Assembly (NCBI GenBank): GCA_001643675.2
Contig: LSRY02000009.1
Location: 1,488,001 to 1,552,000 of the forward strand
Origin: Monocercomonoides exilis PA203
Lineage: Eukaryota; Protista; Preaxostyla
Direction of reading: 5' to 3'
Length of the DNA: 64,000 nt
Part shown: in pieces, positions 26,200 through 39,100 of the stretch
Position numbering within the stretch: position 1 is the first letter of the stretch
How the letters are laid out: the number at the start of each line of letters is the position of its first letter
Notes under the pieces: model-generated
Databases searched by the model: none
What the model was told of the DNA's origin: nothing
Seen by the model: the letters and a program-made list of their open reading frames with translations, nothing else
Program-made: the position numbers and the translations under genes

Positions 26200-29186
26200 T
26201 TTCATTTTTTTTTAAAATGCAAATGATGATTTTTGGTGTGTTATTCATTTATTTTTGTGAATATGTGTGGATGTGAAAATGAGTAGAACTTGCATGAGAA
26301 ACATTACCCCAGGCTTCTGCTGAACGAGATGACGCACCCGGGCACGCTGACTGAGCAGAATACACAAAGAGAAGGAGGGATGGATGTGATATGGGAAGCG
26401 GTGGAGGAAATGAAGAAGAAAGTGAAAGGAGCAGAATTCTCAATAGAAGAGAAGGAAAAGAAAGGAAAAGAAGGAGATGAAAAGGGCTGTGTTGCAACGA
26501 TTGGAGCAGTGAAGGCAGCGTATCCGTTGCTTGGAACACTGATTGATGAGCTTGTTGAGCAATATCTGGGGAAGGAACAAAAATTGCCATTGGAGTCTTC
26601 ATCTGTTTTGTCTTCGTTGGATCTGATAAATCCGTTTGTCTACTGCATGAAGAACTGTGCAAGAGATGCGTGGCTGCCTGTGAGTGCATTGCCGTGGACT
26701 GGGGTTGAAAAGAATGGAAAAGCAGAAAAAGGGATTTGTTTGTGTGAATCGGTCAGATGTTGTGGCGGGAAGGAGTTTCATTGGCCGGGAATTCCGCAGA
26801 AGACTGAGAAGAAACAAGAAGAATGTGCTTTCTTCTTTCTGGAGGGGAGTTGCGTATACAAAGTGGAGGCTGTGAAGGATGGGGGCAATGGATGCAGCGT
26901 GGAAACGGCGGGGAAAGCGAGTTCGGAAGGAAAAGAACGGAGTTCCTCGAGTTGTGGTTCAGAAAATGAGGTGTTCCCTCTTTCGTCTGGGATTTGTGTT
27001 GCACCGCTTTCACTGGTTGAGATTGTTTCGAAAAAGATGACAGAATTTTCTGAATGGAATCAGAAACTGACAGATTTTTCTTCTGCTTCTGCTTCTGCTT
27101 CTGCTTCTGCTTCTGCTTCTGCTTCTGCTTCTGCTTCTGCTCCTTCGGGTTCTTCGGGTTCTTCCACTTTTCATTCGCTCGTTTATTCTCTGTGCCAAAC
27201 ATTCACAAAGGATGAGCCTGATCTCAAGTCGGTCAAAACAGATGCCACTGCTCTTTTAGGTATGATTGAGAGGATTCTACCTGCTGAGCGCCAAAAGCGA
27301 GGCTTTTTTGATTCGCTGAGGGAATTGCGTGCGGCTGTGAATACGCTGCGCTTGCCTTCATGTGTGTGTGCGCGGGGAAACGATTGCAGCGGAAAAGAAG
27401 GCGAAAGAAAAGCCGAGAAGGAAGAGAAGGAAGAGAAGGAAGAGAAGGAGAATGGCAAACAACAGGAAAGGGAAGCGATTAAGAAGGAATCGGAGTCGTT
27501 GGCCTTCTTGCTCCGCCCCATACCGCCTCCTTCTTTATTCCTCCCAGCTTCGCTTTTGACTTCTTCTGTTGATAATGAGAGCGTGTCTGTTGCGCAGTCG
27601 TCCTCAATTGAGTCAAGCGATCCGCCAAAAATTGCGCTTGTGACAGGAGCAGCTGGCTTTATTGGGTCTTGGGTGTGCCACAGACTTCTGATGAGCGGGG
27701 TTGCTGTGATTGCAGTTGACTCGCTGAATGATTTTTATTCATCGTCAATCAAGGAACATGCGATTGCAAGGCTGGAAGAAGTGGCTCGTGCGGTTGGAGG
27801 GAAGAGATGGAAAGAAGAGAGAGGAGGAGAAAAGAAAGAGGCAGGAAGTGAAGACAGCAACGGAACAGGGGTTATATCGCTTTTGACGAATTTTGTGTTC
27901 ATTTACCACGATTTGCGAGACAAAGAAGGATTTCACGCGAAAATTGAAAAAGCATACAAATATGTCACTGGAGTGAAATGTCCTGTTTCAGAGGACAAAG
28001 CGAATGACAATAGCCAGATTCATTCAGAATCGAAAACGAAAGTGCGCATTCCGTATATTGTTCATCTGGCAGCGCGTGCTGGTGTTCGGTCGTCGATGCT
28101 GTATCCGGAGCTTTTCAGATCAGAAAATGTGTTGACGACACAAAATGTGTTTGAGCTGGCTGTGGGAGACTGGAGCGATGGGAAGAGAGGAGAAGGGTGG
28201 GGCACACAGAGCATTGTGTATGCCTCTTCAAGTTCTGTGTATGGAAAGATGAAAGACGGACTTTGTGCAGAGCATCTTTGCGTTGGGCCACCTGAATGCA
28301 TATACGCGGATACAAAAGTGTGAAGAGATGTGTGAGTGAGAAAGTTGAATGCTTTTGTATATTTATTTGTGGTTGTAAGATAACTTGAGGATATTGTTGA
28401 GTCTTTTTTCATTTTTCATTTTTCATTTTTGCATTCTTCCTTCCTTGTTTCACAAAAGGTTGAAAACGAAAGGCAAGCCGCTGAATTTATATCGAAATTA
28501 ACCCACACTCCCATGATATCAACAACAGCGCCTCCTTCTCCTCCCGTGTCCACATTCATTCCATCTTCAGTGCTTGCGCACTCGCCAATTCCACCTGTCT
28601 TCACAGGGCTCCGATTTTTCACTGTTGATGGCGAGGTGCTGGGCAGCTCGGCAATGGGGCGGATTGACATGGCGATTCCCTGCTTCACTCGGATGCTGCA
28701 TTCAGAAGGGAAGGAGAAAGTGACGATGTATGGGGACGGGTCGTTCAGAAGGGATTATACGAATGTGAGGGACATTGTGGATGGAATATGCCTGAGCTTG
28801 GACAGAGCAGAGCGATTGAGGAGCCAGATGAGAAAAGAGAAAGAATTGGCGCTCTCGAAAGAAAGAAGTGCAGAAGAAGAGAAAAGCGAGAAAACGAGTT
28901 TGACTACGGGTTTGTCTGGCAGTTCGTCAGTTGCAGTGGAAGACTTGCTGAGAGTGTTCAATTTGGGAGAGGACCATTCGACTTCTGTGAGGCAGCTTAT
29001 TGTTCAATTAGCGAAGGAAATGGGGATGTTCAGCAAGGAGACGATTTCAGCTATTAAAGAGAAAGTGAAGCACGAAGTGACTGAAGAAGAGTTTGCATTC
29101 ATTTATTTGCTTGATTGTTGTTCATGAGAATATTTAATATTTGGGGAATGGGCATATATGTATATTCCCATTTGAATATCAAAAAA

Positions 29187-29251
<65 letters not shown>

Positions 29252-30374
29252 TTTTTTGTGTTTTTGTTTCCTTTCATTCGGTGTTATTTCATCTGGGAAA
29301 ACGAATGCACTGTATTTTTTTTTTTTTTTCATTTATGAAATGAATGTCTGATTTTTTAGTTTGCTGCAATATCTTCTCGAACGGGAATATGTTGCTTCTG
29401 TTACGCCGCCTCCAGGTGATATTCCGATCTGCATCACATCTCTCACGCGATCCCGTTCAGAGTTGCGTTATTCGCCAACTTTTTCAATGGATGAGAATTT
29501 GCATGCATGCGTTCATGATACGTTCAATGAAAAGGTGTATGAGAGTTCGATATTTGCTCACAGACAGACAAGTTGCAATTCGAAAGGAAAAGGGAGTGAA
29601 TGGCTTAGTGCCAATAACTGTTCTCATTCTGGTGAAGAATGCACAGAGCTGTCTCTGCATCCATCTAATTGTTGCACGTTGAATTGTTTGTTGGCAACGC
29701 TTGCATCTCTTAAATCCTTCTTTTCCTCGCATCTCCTGAACCAAATTAACCTCTTTTTGTCCCTTCCTCTTCCGCAGCAGACAACGATCCTTTCTTCTTT
29801 CCTGCTGCGCTTTGGTCTGAACACGCACCAGGCTCATCCTTCGTCAAAGGAGCCCGCTTTCCTGCCAATTGCAGAGCTATCTGCTGTTGAAGAGCACGCA
29901 TTGCTTGGATGGGATGGAAAGCGTGTTAAGGTTCTGGGAGAGGCTGGAAATGAGGCGGAGAAAGCTGAAGATGGACAGTTGAGCTATTCAAAGCAGCTGG
30001 AGAAGATTGGAAAGGGGAAAGCAAGAGGGTCATATGGAGGTGCAGGGTTGTTTTATTTGAATCCTTTGTTTGTTCCTGGAGAAGGGGAGGAAGAAGGGAA
30101 GAAGAGCGGGTCACAATCGGAGATCAGTTGCCCATCTACAAGAAAGAATGAGGATATGAACACAGAAAAATGTGAAAGTGTATTTGTGGACAAAGCACAT
30201 CTTTTCACTCTGGGAGACTTTGTGTTTTTGGCATGTGTGTTTGAGCAAATGTGGGTTGAATGCAATGGGATTGAAGGTAACGTTGCTGGGGAAGCGAAGC
30301 AGGCGCTTCTCGAAATGGTGGTTGAAGCTTTCAATAGAATGCTTCAGCTTATTTATCAGGTTGCTAATAAATAA
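24985..30374 (+). CDS. Multi-exon NAD-dependent UDP-sugar epimerase/dehydratase (UDP-glucuronate 4-epimerase-like extended SDR) with long N-terminal extension
   Basis: ALVTGAAGFIG, VDSLNDFY, IVHLAARAGVRSS, YASSSSVYG, YADTK (YxxxK), GLRFFTV, GDGSFRRDYTNVRDIVDG, VFNLG; GT-AG introns 28318-28458 and 29091-29359 join ORFs 26290/28429/29361 in frame; 5' exons and start less certain. Confidence 0.8.
26160..26198. repeat. (TG)n microsatellite, probably intronic (mirror (CA)n near 51771-51807)
   Basis: Directly visible. Confidence 0.9.
27080..27140 (+). repeat. (TCTGCT)n coding repeat (Ser-Ala)
   Basis: Directly visible; SASASA run in ORF 26290-28323. Confidence 0.9.
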
Positions 30375-30822
30375 TTCCTTCAAATGAAAGAACAGAAATT
30401 GACACACTCGTTAATTGGGTATTTATAACTCGAAATATCTATCTATTTATTTATTTTGACAATTAAAGTTTGAGAGATTTAGTTTCTGTTGATCTTTATT
30501 TTAATGTTTGCTTTTATATTTAAAGTTAAGCACAATCCTTTTGTTGGATTGCACAAACAATCAAGTTATGCCTGTCAAATTTGATTTTTTTCCCCTCCCC
30601 TTTTTAATCTGTCAATGGCAAATTGACAAACGAGTCAATTTTGCTTGTCATTTCTCATATATTTTTTTCAAAGGTTCTTTCCTTTAATTTCAAAAACTTG
30701 AATATGCTGTTTCATTAATGCAATATGAGGAACTTGTGAAGTTTTTTATTCTTGACAAATTTTGATTGGATTTGTCGCAAAGCGTCAGATGTGGAAATTG
30801 AATTGACACAATTTTTGAAATA

Positions 30823-32287
30823 GGGTGGTTTTTTTATCCGGACTTTTTTTATCCGGACAAAAATTTAAAATTAAAATATCTCAACAAATATTCAATATTA
30901 ATTTAGGCATAAACATACAAAACGCGTACCAAAAATTTTCACTAAATAATAACAACGGAAGTTCTGTTTTATGATTCTGTTAATATTCACTTCGTAACAT
31001 CTTGCGAAAAGTGATGTGAGTGAAAAAAGATCAAAAAATATTTTCGCAAAAAATTTATAAAAATTATTATGTTTATGGTTCAAATTCCGAGGAATCTTCT
31101 CCTGTTCCAACTCCAAAAGGATCTGAATCCTCGCTTTCTGATTTTAAAAGTTCTTCTTCAGTATCCTCTTCATCTCTAATTCCTAAAAGGTCATTTATAT
31201 CAGGAATTTCTTCGTTTTCATCAACTTCATCATCATCAATTTCCAATTCAAATTCATCTTCAGATTGAAAATTTATTACTTTTTCGATGAATTCTCCGTA
31301 GGAAAGTGAACCTGATCTTTTAACAATGAACGTTGCAAGCACTCCAGGAATAAACCGCTCTCTCACTCCATATCTTGGAAAAAAAGATCGCAAATGTGCC
31401 CACATTCCTTCGATAGAGTTCGTATTGGCTTTTGTAACGGGGTCAACGTAATGACGTTTGTGGCAGACGGTTTGGTGGGTGTAACCAATTTCTCCTAAAC
31501 AAGTGTATGCTTTCCACTCGTCGCTGATTATTGTTGTTCCTTCTTTGATTATATTTTTAATTATAGGGATTAATGTCTCTTTTTTCGATTAGGCACAATG
31601 ACCACAAATTTTTTCCTAATTCTTCTTCACTTTTTCGTTCGACAGCTCCAAATATCCACATCTATTTTTTCAGCTTTCCTAATTCAAAAAATAGTTATTT
31701 TCACAACAAATAAATTAATATAAATGTTTTCAATATTAATATACGATGTTAAAACCTTTTTTGTATTTCCGTCTCCTCCATGCGGCTTCATCAATTTCTA
31801 CTATTTTGCCTGCCCCTCCAATTTTTTCATTTCTGTAATTTAAGTGATTTCACGCAGTCGACCTTGCAACGCTTGTCCAGTACCCAATCGTCATTTGAGA
31901 TACATTTAACATCATGCCAATTTGCCAATCTTTGATTTCAAGCCAAAACATCAAAAGAATCATCATCACAGTGGAAATAGGGGTATAAGTGTAACAAAAT
32001 ACCTCCTTCAATTTAACGATTTTTCACATAAAAATAAAAATGAAATAAATGACATAAAAAAGCAACACTTTTGGGTGGAGCAGTTTTTTGAGATATCAAA
32101 AAAATTTTTTATCTAAAAAATTTTTGTGATCAATCCCATAATAAAATTTTCATATTTATCTTTAGAGTTTTCAATGCGAATGCTTTTGAATTGAAGATCA
32201 TACAGCATATTGATCAAAACAATTTATAAAAAGAAGCAAAATGTTTGTGTATTTTCTCCTTTTTTATCTCTTTTGAAACATATTTTT
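30823..32287 (-). mobile_element. Merlin (ISXO2/IS1595-type DDE) transposon remnant, left-arm copy
   Basis: Mirror of 34188-35654; terminus GGGTGGTTTTTTTATCCGGACTTTTTTTATCCGGAC; two extra 1-bp deletions frameshift the ORF. Confidence 0.8.
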
Positions 32288-33529
32288 ATTATGTTTTTAT
32301 TTGTTGAAAGTTTCCATATGCTTCTTGTTCATTTTTTTTTAAACTGTTAGAATTAATTTCAATTGTATGAAAAAATGCTCTTTTTTGTATTATATGTTTA
32401 TACTTTTGTTATACAGTGAAATTAACAGAATGCTCTTTAAAACGCAAAAAACAAAATAGAAAAGCTTTGTGGATCGAGAAAAATAATCTGACCATTTTCT
32501 AGGGTTTTTTATAAGCATTGGTCCAGGTAATGTTGAAATGATTAAAAGAAATGTGTCACATGAAAAATATTTACAGAATTTATGTTTTATTTTGTTATTT
32601 TAGCGCTTATATTGAACAATCAAAAAGAAATTTCTTTCTTGTTTTTTCGTTTAATTCCAATAAACAGAGCTTTAAAAAAATTATTGAATGAAAACTTTTA
32701 CTAATTTATTATCGTTGGATAAATCTGTGAATATTTTTTATTGAGTTGATAAGATTAAAAATTCATGAATTTGATATCTTTTTTATTTTCTCGTAATAAA
32801 AGGTGCGTTTTCAATGACAAATAATTCATTGGTAGTTGATGGAGTTTTATCAAAACAGCGCTTGCGGAAGATGATTAATTTGCAACCAGTTTCAACTTTG
32901 TTAATGTGGAATTTTTTGTTCAAACAAAAATGAAGTATGTATTCGGTCTTCAAAATAAACCATGTGAATGGTGTTTCTGCTTTTGCTTCTGCTGTTTATC
33001 TGCTGATTGAAAAAGATGCATCTCCTCATCTGCTGATACCTTGCTATCGCTGGTACCTTCTTAAAACTTTTTCAGCAGTTGAATGACCAGCATTGTGTTA
33101 AAGAAATTGTTGAATATGCACAGTGTTCACTTTTCTCTCAGATCAACATCCAACAGTTTCAGCGCTTTTTTATAGTGGAAAACTTTGACTCTGCTCATGG
33201 AATGATGGAATACGAAATACTTCTACTGTGATGGCACATGTGCACCACTGACAAATTGCTTATGCGTCTGGGATGAAATTCTCGACTAGAGGATATTTTC
33301 TTTTGATGGCTCTGCATGAGAAGGTTTGACAGTGGCTGCAGGTGTCGAGAAGATGAACGAAGAAAGCAAGACGACAGTATCTGGTAATGAAATTGCTGCT
33401 GCTGTACTTGGAAAAATACTTGCATTAAAGAAGAGGAAGAAGAGAAAAAAAAAGAAGAAAAAGAGAAATTGGAAAAAGGATTATGAAATTTCGTCTGAAG
33501 AAACAAGAAAAAGAAATGAATAGAAATGA

Positions 33530-34015
33530 ACCATCAAACTTGGAGTTATCAGCTGTTCCGCAATTCCACTCTTTTTATTGTTTTGGTTGTTGAGTCGCAT
33601 TGTTGGAAATGATGCTGCTTCAATTAAAGAATGCATCATTTGCTCTGCAATTAGTGGCGGTGTTGCCATCGAAAAAGAAGAAAAAGATGAATCTAATACT
33701 ATTCATCCAAAAATATGGAGGAAGGAAACATATCGCTGCACCATTATAGGAAGTTGAATTTGATGTCAATTTGATATTTTCAAATTGGCAATCATTAACC
33801 AGAAATTTTGTTGACTTGTTTTGTGGAGGATAATTGAATGTGAGAGAACCAGTAGAATCACCACCTGAATTTGAGATGCATTTGCATATGGAAAATTAGA
33901 ATTGAAAATTTGTATTATCATGTCCAAAAGCAAAATATCAACAAGTTCCACACCAATCAGCTATTTTGCAATGCTCCACTCTGTTTTCTGAGAAGGTCCA
34001 ATCAGAATTTGGTTG
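33530..34015 (-). pseudogene. Small surface-family fragment in the duplication spacer
   Basis: ORFs 33766-33951 and 33481-33669, plus frameshifted YNGAAICF / FDGNTATN segments. Confidence 0.3.
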
Positions 34016-34187
34016 TGAATGGTTAACGAACGCTATTTTTCCATGAACAGCAGAATCGGTCTCGTATTAAAAATAGACAGTAAAGACATTAATAAAATAT
34101 ATATAAAACACAGTTCCACTTTATGGAAAAAATACATTGCATCAAAAATAGAAAGTGACGGCGCAATTTTAACATATAAATACACAA

Positions 34188-35654
34188 AAAAATATGTTTC
34201 AAAAGAGATAAAAAAGGAGAAAATACACAAACATTTTGCTTCTTTTTATAAATTGTTTTGATCAATATGCTGTATGATCTTCAATTCAAAAGCATTCGCA
34301 TTGAAAACTCTAAAGATAAATATGAAAATTTTATTATGGGATTGATCACAAAAATTTTTTAGATAAAAAATTTTTTTGATATCTCAAAAAACTGCTCCAC
34401 CCAAAAGTGTTGCTTTTTTATGTCATTTATTTCATTTTTATTTTTATGTGAAAAATCGTTAAATTGAAGGAGGTATTTTGTTACACTTATACCCCTATTT
34501 CCACTGTGATGATGATTCTTTTGATGTTTTGGCTTGAAATCAAAGATTGGCAAATTGGCATGATGTTAAATGTATCTCAAATGACGATTGGGTACTGGAC
34601 AAGCGTTGCAAGGTCGACTGCGTGAAATCACTTAAATTACAGAAATGAAAAAATTGGAGGGGCAGGCAAAATAGTAGAAATTGATGAAGCCGCATGGAGG
34701 AGACGGAAATACAAAAAAGGTTTTAACATCGTATATTAATATTGAAAACATTTATATTAATTTATTTGTTGTGAAAATAACTATTTTTTGAATTAGGAAA
34801 GCTGAAAAAATAGATGTGGATATTTGGAGCTGTCGAACGAAAAAGTGAAGAAGAATTAGGAAAAAAATTTGTGGTCATTGTGCCTAATCGAAAAAAAGAG
34901 ACATTAATCCCTATAATTAAAAATATAATCAAAGAAGGAACAACAATAATCAGCGACGAGTGGAAAGCATACACTTGTTTAGGAGAAATTGGTTACACCC
35001 ACCAAACCGTCTGCCACAAACGTCATTACGTTGACCCCGTTACAAAAGCCAATACGAACTCTATCGAAGGAATGTGGGCACATTTGCGATCTTTTTTTCC
35101 AAGATATGGAGTGAGAGAGCGGTTTATTCCTGGAGTGCTTGCAACGTTCATTGTTAAAAGATCAGGTTCACTTTCCTACGGAGAATTCATCGAAAAAGTA
35201 ATAAATTTTCAATCTGAAGATGAATTTGAATTGGAAATTGATGATGATGAAGTTGATGAAAACGAAGAAATTCCTGATATAAATGACCTTTTAGGAATTA
35301 GAGATGAAGAGGATACTGAAGAAGAACTTTTAAAATCAGAAAGCGAGGATTCAGATCCTTTTGGAGTTGGAACAGGAGAAGATTCCTCGGAATTTGAACC
35401 ATAAACATAATAATTTTTATAAATTTTTTGCGAAAATATTTTTTGATCTTTTTTCACTCACATCACTTTTCGCAAGATGTTACGAAGTGAATATTAACAG
35501 AATCATAAAACAGAACTTCCGTTGTTATTATTTAGTGAAAATTTTTGGTACGCGTTTTGTATGTTTATGCCTAAATTAATATTGAATATTTGTTGAGATA
35601 TTTTAATTTTAAATTTTTGTCCGGATAAAAAAAGTCCGGATAAAAAAACCACCC
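34188..35654 (+). mobile_element. Merlin transposon remnant with transposase pseudogene
   Basis: KIGGAGKIVEIDEAAWRRRKYKKG, intron, then WIFGAVER, IISDEWKAY, HQTVCH, NTNSIEGMWAHLR (D-D-E); in-frame TGA 34623-34625 and a TAG just before 34814; only the 3' terminal repeat (ends CCACCC 35654) found. Confidence 0.85.
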
Positions 35655-36129
35655 TATTTCAAAAATTGTGTCAATTCAATTTCCACATCTGACGCTTTGC
35701 GACAAATCCAATCAAAATTTGTCAAGAATAAAAAACTTCACAAGTTCCTCATATTGCATTAATGAAACAGCATATGTCAAAATTTTTTTGAAAAGTGACA
35801 TCAGATCAAAAATTTGTCCCATGGAAGTTAATTTTTTATCAAACAGTTTCCATAATTCTTATGAAAAAAACAAACTTTCACAATAATGTTTGTTGGTTTA
35901 TTGCAAATTTCTAGATGAGAAAAAATATTTTGTAGCAAAAAATTATATATTCTGTTTTGTGATCAAAATTCAAATAGCTGATAAACAATAAATATTCTTT
36001 TTCTTTTCTTTGTCCATGTTGGAATTACTGAGTTCAAAAATGCTCAAGGTATATCATGAATCAATTTTTATCGAAATTTAAGTATTCTGTTGATGTTTCT
36101 AATTTAAATTTGAACTGAAATTTGCAATG

Positions 36130-39100
36130 CATGGAACAAATAATTATATTTCATTCTCCAAATAGAGCTTCCACATGTTCAAGTGAGCTATGAAACAGGA
36201 GCTTTCAAGCAAATAAGCGATTTTTGTTGCAGCAGACGTTGTGCAATTTCTGGTAATTACTGCGCATTTGATTGAGAAGGAGCTGATTGGCGGCCAAACG
36301 AAGAAGCTGAAGAGATCAATGGCTGAAAGACAGATGAACAAAATGAATATCAACGAAAAGAAAATCGAAGACGAAGACAAAGCTTACAGCGCATCAATGA
36401 AAAAGGCAAAGGAAAACAAAAAGAAAAAAGACGGAATAAACACAGCAGCAGCAGAAGAAGAAGAAAAAGAAACAGAGGATGATCAGATATATGTGCCACT
36501 CAAGTCACTTTCGATATAAACTGTGCTGCGTTTGCAGAGGGAGTCCCAGATACATTCGGAAGATGCTTCGTCTTCAGGGGAAGAAAAAGGAATGCAAAAT
36601 GACTCAAATGGAAATAACGAAGCTATTCTACCTGCAAGTTCTAATGGAATGGCTGCCTTCATCGCATTATCAGAAAAAATATAACAACGCACAGATGACG
36701 AATCCAAGAAAGCCGAAAATGTGGATGAAGCATCAAAGCGTTTAGCTCATTCCAATGAAATATTCTCAAATTACCAAATTTTTTCTGATCTGGTTGTGAA
36801 TTTGGCACGACAACAGGCGAAAGAGTCGCCTGTTTTCAATCTGCTCTCTTTGATGACTGAAAGAGTGAGCAGAAATGAAGATGATGATATATTAAATATT
36901 GATCAATTAGAACAATCTAATCCATCTGAACAGATATCTTCTTCATCATCCTCTTCATTCTCTTCATCCTCCTCATCCTCCTCCTCATTGCAATCACCAT
37001 CATCATCATAAAAAGATAAGTTCGTCATAAGAAATTAATCCAGCTTCTTCATCAACAAACATCCACACAGCACCAGATGACATTCGACCAACACCTTTGA
37101 TTCCTTCTAATATGCTAATTTCTCACGCATTTTCATATGGCGCACATTTCGATCCAAAATATGAAATATCATTTGCTCATAATTTCATCTTTTTGGTATG
37201 GAGAAAAGGAGAAAACTTCACTGAAAGATTAATGTTTGTGAATGCTCAAATTTTCCATTCTTTTGAGAACGAACAAACAAGAGGCGACATCATCCATAGA
37301 GAAGAGACAACTGATAACGAGAACATTGAGCACACTGAGAACACAACAGCAGAAGACACTTCTTTTGATGAAGCAACAGGAAATGAAGGAAATAAAGGAA
37401 ATCCATCAAATGAAAACAATGTGAGAGAAGGAAGTGCTTTGATTGCAGCTATTCGGAGAGAAGTTGAACAGAGAGGAGTGAGAAGCAATGCAAACACTCA
37501 GAATGACATTACTCACAATGCAGCAGGCAGCATACCAAATGTGACATACCACGTTCTATCAATACTTGCTCGCTCTGTGATTATGTTTACAGACATTTCT
37601 AATTTTGTTATTTCTTTGGAGATTATGAACAACACAAGCCAGTTGGTCACAACAAATTTGAAGGAGATTTGCCCTTTTTTCAATTCAGATTCAGATGAAG
37701 ATTCAAATGCAACAACATCACTGACAACGACGATGGCAACATCATCATCAACTTATTCATCCACTTCTGCACATTCTCCTTCATCGTCATCTTCAATAGC
37801 AGACTTGTCATACAGCATTCCACAAGAAATATTCTCGTCAGCTGCAGATGTTGTGCATTTCTTCCTGTTTAGCTACTCCTCTTCATCCTCTTTCGAAGGA
37901 ATGCCTCTTCTTTTCAATGGTTCAAATGCTCAAGAGACTCATTTCCTGCTATTTGAGGCGAGAAAAACAATGCTTCGAATTATGCAGTAGCAGACAAAAC
38001 TGCTTGTGATGAGAAAAGATAAAATACTGAATGAGATGCAGATGCTGAATGAAGGGTTCAAATAAGTTGATTTGAGTGATGTGCTCCGTATTCGATGGAC
38101 AAAAGAAAAGGAAGAATTGGAAAGAGCCATTCCATCAAATGCGATTTTGAGAGACTTCGTCAAAGTAAAGCTTGTCCAACTGCAATTCTTGTTTGAACTT
38201 AATTCTGCTGACAAATGGAGATGCACAGATGTTCCCAAAAATGTGATCCCAAAACTGATAAAGCTGATTCGCTTGCTTCATTTTCAGCTTTCCTTGATTC
38301 GCAGAAGTATTGGCATTGTTATGTATGTTCTTGTGCACATTACAACAGACAACTTGGGTGTGTCTCTGCTGAAGATGTCTGAATACTCAGAAATGACAGG
38401 CGCTCTGATGATGGCACAAGGCAGAGACTACAAATGGTTTTGCGAAATATCCTCAGAGTGGGCAAAAGCGAAGACAGAAATGAAAACAAGGAGGAGCACT
38501 TTGCAGACGAACAGAAACGATGAAGGAAAAGGCACTCTTGGCGAGTCAAACGAAGCGCCACAGAATGAGAAAGCCGCATCTTCAGGTGGAAAAAGTGTGC
38601 ATTCAGAAAAAGTGTCTGAAGCATTATTAAAAGCAAATGTTGCGTTGTTGTTGATGGATCTGACACAAAAAGAGAAAGATGCATTCAAATACGAAAGGAA
38701 AGATTGTATCAGGTTCCAGGTGCTGATTCATGTTCACCCAAAGTCATTCTCTCACCTTCCGTATTTAACATGTTTGACTATCCAATTGATGCATACGCGA
38801 TTGAGATATCGTCATCAATGCTCATAGAACAAGGAAAAAGAGTATCATATTTTGAGGCCACTCTCATTTTGATAGTGTCAATCATCACTTTCATCCATAT
38901 TATGAGGAGCATGGGAGCGAATATCGAAGGACTCCCAAATGACCAAACAGAAGACGAAGAAAACAACAACCAACAAGATGGAAACGAAGAAGTCTACAGG
39001 CATTATCATAAAGACGAATCGAGAGAAGAAGGAGTTGGAGTTGGAGTTGGAGAAGGAGGAGAAGGAGTATTTGAAGAGGGAGCTTTCGAAGACAAAATAG

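Larger units (their letters stand above)
24110..32287 (+). repeat. Left arm of ~8.2-kb inverted segmental duplication
   Basis: 24110-30706 mirrors 47294-53863 and 30702-32287 mirrors 34188-35775; mirrored ORF sets are nearly identical. Confidence 0.95.

Noticed and set aside
29099-29351. Poly-Lys / poly-Phe ORFs
   Set aside because: Artefacts of a poly-T tract in intron 29091-29359; tract length differs between the two copies
34000-34187. 5' TIR of the Merlin element
   Set aside because: No GGGTGG...ATCCGGAC match in the spacer, so no complete Merlin or TSD is called
34623-37990. TAA/TAG = Gln recoding (in-frame TAG at Gln-like positions in Merlin and in the cargo)
   Set aside because: Long intact frames (epimerase, Sola-like and pogo transposases) have no internal TAR and end in TAA; TGA lesions and frameshifts occur in the same decayed genes
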